Below, in pieces: positions 1 through 9,723 of a stretch of 64,000 bases of DNA. A program made the position numbers and the translations under genes. The DNA is taken from NCBI GenBank assembly GCA_048939995.1, contig JBHLOY010000003.1, forward strand, positions 224,001 to 288,000, written 5' to 3'. Under the pieces are notes generated by a model. It was given only the letters and a program-made list of their open reading frames with translations, had not been told where the DNA came from and did not search any database. The stretch is from Promethearchaeota archaeon (GTDB lineage Archaea; Asgardarchaeota; Lokiarchaeia; Sigyniarchaeales; SOKP01). Each line of letters starts with the position of its first letter. Position 1 is the first letter of the stretch.

Positions 1-488
1 AACCATACGAAACATGCATGTCTTCCTTGTTTTCTTAAGCCCATTTCAACATTATCTATTATCTGACACCATTGGTCCTTGGATAGTTCGGATCGTGGTG
101 CAAGATCATCAGCAGCACAATGAATACATCTTTGGTTGCACTTATCTGTAAGATACATTGCAAAATGTATGTTTCCAGGATGGAATCCTCTTTCTAGTTT
201 TTGCCAGGAGACTTTGAGGCGATCTTTTATATCTTTCAGTTCTATATAACGCTCAACATCAATGCCTAATTTAGTTAAATCTTCAACCATCACGGGTTTA
301 AAGGCTTTAGGGATAATATCAAAAATCCCTAAGATTACATCTGGATCATTAATATAAGCACCGTTTCTTTCAAGACACCTTTTTTCTGCAGCCTCTACAA
401 TTAAGGGTTCGACTGAAGGTCTAAACCCCTGGGGCATCTGTTCTACTATTCGATTAAATAATAGTTGTGTTTCTTTTTCCCATTCCAT
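1..488 (-). CDS. Radical SAM protein with N-terminal DUF2621/PCP_red-like domain (3' end outside window; paralog of 501..1868)
   Basis: Manual translation from ATG at 488: MEWEKETQLLFNRIVEQMPQGFRPSVEPLIVEAAEK...HFAMYLTDKCNQRCIHCAAD...; CxxxCxxC motif; colinear with the neighbouring ORF; absent from the ORF track because it runs off the window edge. Confidence 0.9.
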   Translation of the reverse strand, partial: MEWEKETQLLFNRIVEQMPQGFRPSVEPLIVEAAEKRCLERNGAYINDPDVILGIFDIIPKAFKPVMVEDLTKLGIDVERYIELKDIKDRLKVSWQKLERGFHPGNIHFAMYLTDKCNQRCIHCAADDLAPRSELSKDQWCQIIDNVEMGLRKQGRHACFVW

Positions 489-500
489 TAAATTACACCC

Positions 501-1868
501 TCAAGAGCAACCTTTATGATTGTGATCATCATTATGCCAACAAAATGGGAGTGCTGCCAAGAAATCACCTGTTTCATTTTCAGCATGAACTCTACATCCA
601 CCTCCACATAAATCGAGATGATGACATGTGGAACATTTTCCTTTTATTTTTCTGTCTCTAATAGCTTTAAACATTTCACTTTCCATAATTTCATTGAAAT
701 CTTGTTTGAAAACATTTCCTAAAGTTAATTTAGAGGGATAATCACATGGAAAAAAATCTCCATTGACATCAATACCTGAAACAGAACGACATGCTTGACA
801 TCCTACGCCCCACTCTAATGCGGTTCGTTCTTCATCAGTACGAGGGCATTCCATAAAAGGGACCATATCATAAGTATATACTTTATTCAAGAAAGACGCT
901 TCACCTTTTCTAATAGCCTCAACTGCATGCTTATATTTGAACTCGTAAAATTGGCGATATTCCTCATAACTTAATCCAATTTCATCCCAATTTTTATCCG
1001 CTGTACGTTGTTTAATTACCGCTCTAAAATAAGGTATAGCACCTAAAGTTTCTAATTTCTTTTTAATGTCCTCTAATTCATCAAAATTTTCTTTCTGAAC
1101 TGTTGCTGTACAAATTACCAAATGTCCATAATCTGTTGCTAATTTTATGGCTTTCTCAGCTGCCTCACCTGCTTTTGGAACCCCTCGAATTTTCGCTGCT
1201 CGTTCGGGATAAACACTATCATAACTGATAAATACATGATGCATCTTTGCCTCAGCACATAGTTTAGCTAAATCTTCTGTAAATAGTATTCCATTGGTAG
1301 AAATGGCTTGGTAATATCCTTTTTCACCGCAATATTTTATTAAATCTCCAAGATCTTTACGTAGAGTTGGTTCTCCACCAAACCATATATAACACCCCTT
1401 TCGACCTTGTTTTCTCAACGTTTGCTCCACATTTTCTATAATCTTTATCCACTCCTCTGTGGAAAATTCTGGACGATGTTCATACAATCCAGCAGCACAG
1501 TGTAGGCATTTTTGATTGCATCGATCAGTTAAATACATAGTAAAATGGTAGACTCCAGGAGCCCATGCTCCCCCAATTTCGTCCCATGTACGTGCATACT
1601 TTTTCCTGATCTCTGATAGTTTTACATATCTTCCTGTATCAATTCCTAATTTCTTTAAATCCTCGATTACTGTCGGTTGAAATGCTTCTGGCGTTATTTC
1701 AAACAGCGCTGATAATAAATCATCCCGACTTACAAATCCAGAGTTCCTAAGTATTGCAGTTTTTTCAGCAGCTTCCCGTAACATTGGAGCAACAGATAAA
1801 CGAAAAGCCTCAGGAACTTGTTCTGTGATCTGTTTATATAGATTTTCTATTTCTTTTGTCCAATCCAA
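501..1868 (-). CDS. Radical SAM/SPASM protein with N-terminal DUF2621/PCP_red-like domain
   Basis: CNQKCLHC, GGEP, STNG; SPASM-type cysteines (GCQAC...GDFFPC; CSTC..LCGGGC..FC); TTG start after GAGGT. Confidence 0.9.
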   Translation of the reverse strand: MDWTKEIENLYKQITEQVPEAFRLSVAPMLREAAEKTAILRNSGFVSRDDLLSALFEITPEAFQPTVIEDLKKLGIDTGRYVKLSEIRKKYARTWDEIGGAWAPGVYHFTMYLTDRCNQKCLHCAAGLYEHRPEFSTEEWIKIIENVEQTLRKQGRKGCYIWFGGEPTLRKDLGDLIKYCGEKGYYQAISTNGILFTEDLAKLCAEAKMHHVFISYDSVYPERAAKIRGVPKAGEAAEKAIKLATDYGHLVICTATVQKENFDELEDIKKKLETLGAIPYFRAVIKQRTADKNWDEIGLSYEEYRQFYEFKYKHAVEAIRKGEASFLNKVYTYDMVPFMECPRTDEERTALEWGVGCQACRSVSGIDVNGDFFPCDYPSKLTLGNVFKQDFNEIMESEMFKAIRDRKIKGKCSTCHHLDLCGGGCRVHAENETGDFLAALPFCWHNDDHNHKGCS

Positions 1869-1989
1869 CTTTTTTACCTCTTTTTGTTTTTAAAATTATT
1901 TAATATATTTAAAAAAGATTTGAATTTAGTCTTAAAAGTCAACATAATATCAGAAAAGGTGTTATAATTAATTATAATAAAATCACCGC

Positions 1990-3399
1990 CTATTTTTTTA
2001 AAAGACCATGACGTTTTAGTCCATCCCTCATATCTGCTTGAAATGCTGCAGGAGTTCCTTCGATAAATGCTTCAATAATGTCTTCATTTTCAATCTCCAT
2101 AGAAGCCCTCTTTTTTGCCTTATCTTCTGCTAATGATGAAATTGCCATCCTTGCCATAGATTGGAATTGAGGGGGTGTTAATTTTATTAGCTCGTTAAAG
2201 ATTTTAATAGTTTCTGGGTTCCACGAAAGACCTGCTGTTTTCTTTTCTTCTTTAGGTTTAGCAGGTTCAACACCAAATTCACGACTTGTCAATATCTCTT
2301 CCATATATCTTTGTATAGATTGGACATATTTAGTCGATTCGTCTTTATCTAAATATACTGCCTTTTTCGCCCATTCTTCGCAGTAATTACATTCATCACA
2401 CATCGCTAAACAATTTTGTTTCTTAAAGAATTCAATAAAACCGTTTAACTTAGTATTATCGATTATTAGTTTCGATATTGACTCTTTTCTGATGGTTTGC
2501 CTAAATCCTGCAACTGGATCTTTTTCCTGCATACCTCCAAACGAAATTGAGAACCCTTCAATAATATCTATGAGATTTCCCTCGTATTTTCGGGATGAAA
2601 ATGCTTTTACCGATCTGATAATCCATGAAGTGGGCATCATACGTCCTGCGATTTTAAAGCTATGAATTCCAATCGCCTCGTAGTGAGATAAATCTTCGGG
2701 ACGAACCCATCTACATTTTATCACCTCAGTAGGATTCGAGAATTTGATACTACTACAGTTTAAAATGCATGTGTCAATATAACGGCATTCAAACTGTTGA
2801 TAAGTCTGAGAAGCGTGTCCCAAGATATTGTAATGGTATAGTCTAAACGGACATTGGTATAAACATCCATCTGTTAAGAGCAAAACGATTTTGCATTTTA
2901 CTGCTTTTTGTATTTTTTCTAAAGACTTGAAATCTCGATTTATCATTACATCAGGGGTAATCTCATCAGCACCAAGCGATTCATAAAATTTTGCACGATT
3001 CACGCTATTAACATGAGAAACAGTTGACACACGCACTTTGAGTTTAGGGAACTGCTCCTTAATTAGTTGTATTAATAAAGGAATCGACACAATAACATTA
3101 TCAGCACCAATATCACTAATCCATTGCAAATATTTGAGCAGTTCTTTATGATAGTACGGATCATATTCCATATTATTCATACAGGGAGCGTTCAAAGCGT
3201 AAGAAAACTTCATTTTATTCTTATGCACTTTACTAATATATTCTATAATCTCTTCTTCATTGACTTCTTTTAATAAGAAGAATGGGCGACCACCTCCTAC
3301 TATCGAATGAGGAGCTGTGCCGTAGAGATCGACAACGGGAAATTTCGCCAATGCGTCTATAAGATTTGTATCCCAATTCGTTGCTACATAAAAATTAAT
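1990..3399 (-). CDS. Peptidase U32 family Fe-S protein (putative O2-independent hydroxylase) with C-terminal DUF2621/PCP_red-like domain; probable ATT start
   Basis: YALNAPC, VSTVSHVNS, NRDF, GCLYQCPF, VRPEDL, FKIAGR motifs. The frame stays open 16 codons above the track start (INFYVATNWDTNLIDA), with GGTGA just upstream of ATT at 3399. Confidence 0.8.
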   Translation of the reverse strand: MNFYVATNWDTNLIDALAKFPVVDLYGTAPHSIVGGGRPFFLLKEVNEEEIIEYISKVHKNKMKFSYALNAPCMNNMEYDPYYHKELLKYLQWISDIGADNVIVSIPLLIQLIKEQFPKLKVRVSTVSHVNSVNRAKFYESLGADEITPDVMINRDFKSLEKIQKAVKCKIVLLLTDGCLYQCPFRLYHYNILGHASQTYQQFECRYIDTCILNCSSIKFSNPTEVIKCRWVRPEDLSHYEAIGIHSFKIAGRMMPTSWIIRSVKAFSSRKYEGNLIDIIEGFSISFGGMQEKDPVAGFRQTIRKESISKLIIDNTKLNGFIEFFKKQNCLAMCDECNYCEEWAKKAVYLDKDESTKYVQSIQRYMEEILTSREFGVEPAKPKEEKKTAGLSWNPETIKIFNELIKLTPPQFQSMARMAISSLAEDKAKKRASMEIENEDIIEAFIEGTPAAFQADMRDGLKRHGLLKK

Positions 3400-3435
3400 T
3401 CTTTTTCACCTTTATTAGAGGTTTAAATATTTTTT

Positions 3436-3606
3436 TTAGATTTTTTTATTTAATTTTTTTTGAAATATTGATTTTAAATTACCTTTTAATAGTGAAATCT
3501 CGTCCCATTGTATAATAAGCGGGATTTGGACAATCATTTTTCCGCCTATTGGCGGAACCATTACATGATGTATTTCTCGACTCCCATTAATTATTAACAC
3601 ACGCAT
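3436..3606 (-). pseudogene. Probable internally deleted B12-binding radical SAM remnant (56-codon ORF)
   Basis: MRVLIINGSREIHHVMVPPIG resembles B12-binding domain N-termini (compare MGINILLVNPNRFKSPPVIPIG at 52649); similarity stops at an inverted repeat at 3540-3557. Confidence 0.5.
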
Positions 3607-3747
3607 TTTCCTTGCTCACTAAGAAATATTTGGTTTACATATCGAATTTTTAATATTTGTTTTAGAAAACTTATTTTAAAATCTAGGTTCCGAAGGCAAG
3701 CCTGTTTTTTCGCAGCTTCGCGAGTAAATATAAAATCAGAAACGGAT

Positions 3748-4443
3748 TTAATTCTTAAACCCCCTCCCGTTGAAAATATTTGTTAGGATTAGATTATTAT
3801 AATTTTTTAAAAAAGATTTGACACGCCTAATAATTTTCAGGAATAGAATGATGGTAGAATTTTCAAATAATTTATTACTTTTATTTAAAGTAAATGAGAA
3901 TAATATATTATAGATTTTATCTTTAAAATGATAATGCGAATTATAAAGATATTCATGGTTTTTAACGTTAAATAGATTTTCGATCTCAAAAGCGTGATTA
4001 ATTAGTGGATACTTATTGATCTCATAAAAATTGAATAGTTTCTCTGCATCTTGAGCTAAATAGTAAGTTTCTTCAGATCCAGAAGCCCCTAGATACGAAT
4101 ACATTAAAATTGGATTAAATTCATCTAAACATACTCTTTTAAAATAGTGATAAATACTGCTTTGAATGTAACCAATAATATTAATTAAAATAAAGATATC
4201 AATTAAGTGCCCTAGACTAAATTGAAAACTGCTAAATGGTTCGGGCAGATACCATAGTAGATTTAAATTTGGCAAAATTGGAATAAAGAGGGAACTTCCT
4301 GTCCCTATATAATCATTCAAGAAAGAAGATATGCTTGAAATATCTCTTATAAATAAATAAAACAATGCGATTGGAATACATGAAAAAATAAAAAGTAAAA
4401 TAATGATTACTCTTAATTTATTAGATCTCTTATCATCCTGCAC
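3748..4443 (-). CDS. Hypothetical membrane protein
   Basis: 231-aa ORF with N-terminal hydrophobic segments; no motif recognised. Confidence 0.5.
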   Translation of the reverse strand: MQDDKRSNKLRVIIILLFIFSCIPIALFYLFIRDISSISSFLNDYIGTGSSLFIPILPNLNLLWYLPEPFSSFQFSLGHLIDIFILINIIGYIQSSIYHYFKRVCLDEFNPILMYSYLGASGSEETYYLAQDAEKLFNFYEINKYPLINHAFEIENLFNVKNHEYLYNSHYHFKDKIYNILFSFTLNKSNKLFENSTIILFLKIIRRVKSFLKNYNNLILTNIFNGRGFKN

Positions 4444-4675
4444 TTTCTATTACTCCAAATTATCTATTTAACGATGCTTTCCTTGAATTTGCATATTAAG
4501 GATTTTTCATACTTAGTAAGCTGCACTTATTTGCTTTAAAAATCTCTATTTTCTCCAAGGGATAAAAAGTATTTAGTCAAAAAATTACTCATTTAATTTA
4601 AATCTTTTTTAGGGAGTGCAATAAAAATTTACTTAACAGTCAAAAATCTCTATAATGAAGAATATAGTTACCTAA

Positions 4676-6577
4676 CTAGATCATTGCTCTCAATTCACTT
4701 TCAGTAATGATATTTACCCCTAATTCTTGGGCTTTTGTATATTTAGCAGTTGGTTCTGTAGAATTTGTAACTAAATAGCTGAGACCTTTAACCACGCTAG
4801 TTTTTACAACCCCTCCATGTTCCTTGATAAATTGGTGAACTTCATCTCGATTTTTAAATATTTCTAAGCTTCCGGTAATACAAAAGCTTAAACCTTCTAA
4901 TTCTCTTCCTATACTACTCTTGGCTTCCTTAATCTTTACCTTGTTAGTATTTAAAACCGCTTGCATTTCAGAATATAATTTTTTAACCCCATCGAGTAAG
5001 GTTTTTGCAGTAATATCAGCAAAACCATCAACATGAGATAGTTGATAAACCGTAGCATTTCTGATCTTATCTAAACTATCAAATCCTGCATCTATAATTC
5101 GCAGGGGCAATTCCTCTCCAATATTTTCGATATTAAATCCCGCAATAAACGTTGCTAAAGGGATTTCTTTTATGGCAAATAAATTGTCTAAAGCTTTTTT
5201 GGCTGAAGTTTGTTGTACTCCCTCAAATCGTGTTAAATCCCTAACTTCTAATTCATAGAGATCAGCAATAGTTTTCACCTTTCCTGTATCAAAAAGCGGC
5301 TTTAATATAAGCTTCTCGCTAAAATGTTTAACTCCTAACTTTCTAATCCACTTGACTAACCTGCGATAGTTTATTTTTGGACATCCTTTATTTGGACAAT
5401 ATAATCGAGTTCCTTCATTAATTAAGGGAGTATTACACACTTCGCATATATACGGAACCTTTATCTCTTTTGCATTTTCTGGAGTTCTAATTACTCTTTC
5501 AATTTTAGGAATGATATCACCCCTTTTACTTATAATAACTTCAGATCCTACTTTTAATCCCAATTCTTCAATTAAGTTAGGATTTGCTAGACTTGCTCTG
5601 CTTACAGTCGTTCCCATTAGAGTAACTGGTTCTACTATCCCCACTGGGGTGTAATTGTGACCACTAATACTCCATTCTACATCTAGAAGCGTTGTTTCAA
5701 TCTCTTCCGCTTGAAATTTGAAAGCTATTTGCTTCATTGGCTTAACTCTTTTTATATCCTCTAAATCAATCTCTGGACCTTTAATTACAAGACCATCGAT
5801 GTCAAAATTTAATGTAGCTCGAAAATTATTCATAATATTTTCCCAGACGTGAATTACTTCTTTAGACGTCTTTACAGTCTTAGTTTTTACCGAAGGAAAG
5901 CCTTGGTCTTTCAACCATTTTATTTTATCAGTCTCGTTTTTGAATACAACATCATCCCTCAGACTAATTGCATCATAATAAATTAAATTTAAATCATTTG
6001 TACCAATCCCATCCTTTCTTCGTACGATCCCTGCAGCTGCATTCCTACAATTTTGCTTATCAGAATATTTCTTTTCAAACACATCGTGATATAACATAAT
6101 TTCCCCCCGCACCGCACCAGTAAAATTATCTCGGAGTTTTGGAATAAACCCCTTCATGTTTACTACATTATATGAAACATCATCTCCAACTTTACCATCT
6201 CCTCTTGTAATTGCGTACCTAAAAATCCCACTGTCGTACTGTAACTCAATACTAATCCCATCCAACTTGAATTGAATTATATAGATGGAATAATTATGTT
6301 TTTTTGCCCATTTGGAAAATTCTGCTGGGGAGGTAACCTTATCTTGTGAGGTCATAGGGATAATATGTTCCCTTTTAGTAAACAATTCTGAATGGTCTAC
6401 TCCGACTTTATACAAAATAGGGTTTTTTGGATCAAGTTGGAATAATTCATCTTCCAGAGCATCGTATTTGGCATCCGAAATCTCTGGTGATTCGTTATAA
6501 TACAAATATCTATGACGTTGGATTTCGTTTACTAAATATTCAATTCGCTTATTTACATCTTCTCGCTGTTTAGCCAT
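4676..6577 (-). CDS. ligA: NAD-dependent DNA ligase
   Basis: YY..SPEISDAKYD, KLDG adenylation motif, TRGDG, RNAAAG, DIDGLVIK, RGDIIP, C4 zinc finger, HhH repeats, C-terminal BRCT (FCITG...KAQELGV). Confidence 0.95.
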   Translation of the reverse strand: MAKQREDVNKRIEYLVNEIQRHRYLYYNESPEISDAKYDALEDELFQLDPKNPILYKVGVDHSELFTKREHIIPMTSQDKVTSPAEFSKWAKKHNYSIYIIQFKLDGISIELQYDSGIFRYAITRGDGKVGDDVSYNVVNMKGFIPKLRDNFTGAVRGEIMLYHDVFEKKYSDKQNCRNAAAGIVRRKDGIGTNDLNLIYYDAISLRDDVVFKNETDKIKWLKDQGFPSVKTKTVKTSKEVIHVWENIMNNFRATLNFDIDGLVIKGPEIDLEDIKRVKPMKQIAFKFQAEEIETTLLDVEWSISGHNYTPVGIVEPVTLMGTTVSRASLANPNLIEELGLKVGSEVIISKRGDIIPKIERVIRTPENAKEIKVPYICEVCNTPLINEGTRLYCPNKGCPKINYRRLVKWIRKLGVKHFSEKLILKPLFDTGKVKTIADLYELEVRDLTRFEGVQQTSAKKALDNLFAIKEIPLATFIAGFNIENIGEELPLRIIDAGFDSLDKIRNATVYQLSHVDGFADITAKTLLDGVKKLYSEMQAVLNTNKVKIKEAKSSIGRELEGLSFCITGSLEIFKNRDEVHQFIKEHGGVVKTSVVKGLSYLVTNSTEPTAKYTKAQELGVNIITESELRAMI

Positions 6578-6734
6578 AAATCTCCCTCACAGGTTAGTAA
6601 TGTCTTTTGAAAACTAAGGTTTCGTTAAATACTTTAAGGATAACTAGCTATATAAATATCACTTGAGCATATAATTAATGATTTTAAGAAAATTATTAAG
6701 ACTAAAAATCGTTATATTTCATGCGAAGGATAAA

Positions 6735-7421
6735 ATGTGGATAATTGGTCATTCAGCACTCGCCTACTTGTTTATTAAACCAATTTATATAGGCTTAAAG
6801 AAGGAACTGATTCCCAGACAAATAATACTCATTTTCATTTTTGCAAATATGTTAGATTCATTACATTTTGGCCCTCTTAGATGGATATCACATAATTTAG
6901 TTGGAGCACTAATTTATTCAGGAATTTGGATAATCATACTTCTAAAGTTAAATATTATCCATAAAAATGAAGTAATTTTTCTTTATCTTGCTGTATTTAC
7001 CCACATCTTAGGCGATTTTTTTATTTCAGGTTTTGATTTATTTCTAATAGTTCACATTTGGAATTTTAATTCAATTGAACATCTTACTATTGAATTTTTT
7101 ATAACACTATTATTTATTATTTCATTTATTTTCTCAAAAGATTATCGGAGATTAAAAGAATATTTAAGATTAAAGCCCGAAAAAGTCGAATTATTAAATA
7201 AGAAGAAATATTTTCAAAAACACAGATATTATTTTATAATAATTTTATTCTTTATCTATTACCTATTTCTTTTGACTCAGTTTCTGATATATAGCATAGA
7301 TCTTTGGAATAACATCACTATAGGATTTTCTTATTTAGCCGTAAAATTGTTAGTATTTTCTGTATTCTTAGGAGATATATCTCTCTTTTCGACAATAATA
7401 ATAAAAAGTTCAGTTGGTTGA
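6735..7421 (+). CDS. Membrane-bound metal-dependent hydrolase-like protein (YdjM/DUF457-like)
   Basis: MWIIGH, LD, ISHNL, THILGD motifs with several TM segments; ATG 6735 preferred over the track start 6678. Confidence 0.55.
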   Translation: MWIIGHSALAYLFIKPIYIGLKKELIPRQIILIFIFANMLDSLHFGPLRWISHNLVGALIYSGIWIIILLKLNIIHKNEVIFLYLAVFTHILGDFFISGFDLFLIVHIWNFNSIEHLTIEFFITLLFIISFIFSKDYRRLKEYLRLKPEKVELLNKKKYFQKHRYYFIIILFFIYYLFLLTQFLIYSIDLWNNITIGFSYLAVKLLVFSVFLGDISLFSTIIIKSSVG

Positions 7422-7459
7422 GTTTTTCTTGATGTATCTAGAAATTCTAATCAATAGTA

Positions 7460-9622
7460 TTATATTTCGTGTTTATGTGCTTTCAATTTTACTGTTAAAT
7501 CTCGAGCTCTTTTGGAATACCAAATTAATAACTCTCCTGCATCCTCTGGTTCAAAATATTCACCGCCACACAGCGAAGCAGCTCTTATCATAAGTTCTCT
7601 TTCAGGATTTCCTAAACCAACAATATATATTACCACATTTGGATTTTCTGCAAAAAGCTTTATCGTTTTAAAGAAGTCATCACCATCTGTAGGGACTCCA
7701 TCAGTTAAGAGTACAACCATTGTTGGCTGGTCAGGATTCATTTTATCAAATTCCGTAAGTACTTGGTGTGCTTTTGCCATAGCTTGTCCCATATTTGTGG
7801 CTTGTCCATAAGCATTTCCAATTCGATCCACTATCATGCGTGCTGCATCCTCAAGCACTCCCTTTTTACCGCTAGCTGAATCCATATAAAAGCTATCCAT
7901 AAATGGTAAAATTTGGGCTTCATCAGCGAATCGGATGACAGAGACTTTCTCTCCAAATCCTCTCCCTACCTTTTCACTTAGAAATAAAACTGCGGCAAAA
8001 GCAGCAGCAATACGTCGAGGTATATTGACTCCTGGTTTAAAATGTACAAGAAACTCTTGAATTTCTCGAGATTCCATTGCTGCCTTAATTCCTTCGATAG
8101 CGGGAGCAATATTGGTAACAAAAACATCGCGAGCCATCATACTTCTGCTTATATCGATGATTAGGATAGCATTAAAGGGTATTAGACCTGTTGGAGTCAA
8201 ATTAATAGCAGTATTCGGGGTGATTTGAGCAAAAATATCACCTGTCAAATCTGGAACTGTATTTAATAATGAACATGCGATATTGACTGAACTCCATCTT
8301 AGCTTTATTCCTTTGAATATAATATAATTAGATAACCATCCTTTTAGTGATTCTACATTTTGACGTGCTGTACTGATAATTTCCCACATATTTTCTCCAC
8401 TAATGGGATTAATACCCAGAGCCACATTCTGCAGGGATATAACAGGTCTGAGGTTTTTATAAACCTTGACTTCAAAGCTCCCAATACCCGAGGCTTCTAA
8501 AATCTCACTATCAATTATAATAGTATTAGAAGGAGTAGCTTCGGATATTTCTACTTTAGCAGCACCTATTGCTCCAGTAAGTTCATCTTCGAAGGCTAAA
8601 ATATCATCTTGATTGATTGATAATGTATATTGAGTTCTAGGGCTAACTAGGCAATATCCTAGGAGATTAGGCTGAGATTGAACTTCTAACATAATCACCG
8701 AAGCTTTTTCTATCGGAGGTTCTGTTGAGTACACAAGAATCTGTTCTGCTCGAATGTTAGTATCTTCTTTTGTATCTCTACTCATTCTGATTTCATTAGG
8801 ATTTATCATTGCTTCATTAATTCTGGCAGAACCTGTCGATCGAGTGAGTGGGTCCTCCCACGCAATAAGCAAACCGCTTGCTAATCCTAATTGATGAATA
8901 ATCGAGCTACTTAATTGTACTCTCCCACCTTCGATATTGTTATCTATTACTGGTGTAAGAATTACTCCGCCTTTTTGGCTTTGAAGCATGTATACATCAA
9001 TTCTATTGGGATATTGTTCTGCAGGTGTTGCTTGAGCCCCAAAATCTTGTTTGGTTGTAGAGGGCTGCAAGGATCCGGGTGTTGGAAAAGATGGTGATGG
9101 TATGGGTGTTGGGGTTACTTGTGGTGTTGGAGTAGGTACCGGTGGTTGAGGTACAGATTTAGGCTGAGGGGTGGGTGTATATGTGGGTTGTGGCGTTGGG
9201 GTAGATATTTGCTGAACTTTCGATGGTGGTGTTGGTTGTGGAATTGGAGGTATTATTTGAGGGGGTGGTGTAGGAAGAGGCGTAAGCCCAGGTTGAGTTT
9301 GTGGTTGTGGTTGAGGAGCACTACTGGGAACTTTAGGCATTTGTGTAGGGGTTGCTAACCCTGTTTGACTTGCAGGTCGGATTATTAATTCGACTCCACT
9401 AAATTCTAATATATCCACTATGTTTCTTGAAATTTGAGCAGCAAAATCTAAAACCATATTGGAAATTTCAACTGTACCACTTATTTTTTTACCATTATCA
9501 GGATTTTCTACTTCAACTGATGCACCATTAGAAACACCTAATTTGGTTGCATTTTCTTGGCAAACTACAACTTTTCCAGTGGTGTTTTCATTAACGTCAA
9601 CAAAAACTTTTAATTCAGACAT
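7460..9622 (-). CDS. VWA-domain protein with repeated CDC48-N-like double-psi barrels and a Pro/Thr/Gln-rich linker
   Basis: C-terminal MIDAS (DISRSM, ATNM, LLTDG); three repeats resembling double-psi barrels; long PTPQ-rich linker. Confidence 0.7.
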   Translation of the reverse strand: MSELKVFVDVNENTTGKVVVCQENATKLGVSNGASVEVENPDNGKKISGTVEISNMVLDFAAQISRNIVDILEFSGVELIIRPASQTGLATPTQMPKVPSSAPQPQPQTQPGLTPLPTPPPQIIPPIPQPTPPSKVQQISTPTPQPTYTPTPQPKSVPQPPVPTPTPQVTPTPIPSPSFPTPGSLQPSTTKQDFGAQATPAEQYPNRIDVYMLQSQKGGVILTPVIDNNIEGGRVQLSSSIIHQLGLASGLLIAWEDPLTRSTGSARINEAMINPNEIRMSRDTKEDTNIRAEQILVYSTEPPIEKASVIMLEVQSQPNLLGYCLVSPRTQYTLSINQDDILAFEDELTGAIGAAKVEISEATPSNTIIIDSEILEASGIGSFEVKVYKNLRPVISLQNVALGINPISGENMWEIISTARQNVESLKGWLSNYIIFKGIKLRWSSVNIACSLLNTVPDLTGDIFAQITPNTAINLTPTGLIPFNAILIIDISRSMMARDVFVTNIAPAIEGIKAAMESREIQEFLVHFKPGVNIPRRIAAAFAAVLFLSEKVGRGFGEKVSVIRFADEAQILPFMDSFYMDSASGKKGVLEDAARMIVDRIGNAYGQATNMGQAMAKAHQVLTEFDKMNPDQPTMVVLLTDGVPTDGDDFFKTIKLFAENPNVVIYIVGLGNPERELMIRAASLCGGEYFEPEDAGELLIWYSKRARDLTVKLKAHKHEI

Positions 9623-9723
9623 TCTCCATCATTTATTTATGCATTTCTGATATAAAAATATGTTCTATTATTCATTATAAGAATAATCTTACTTAATGAT
9701 TTATAAGTTTAAATAACCAAAAA

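Noticed and set aside
8915-9358. Trp/Arg/Cys-rich + strand ORFs as RiPP precursors
   Set aside because: Antisense to the Pro/Thr/Gln linker of the VWA gene; their composition is explained by it
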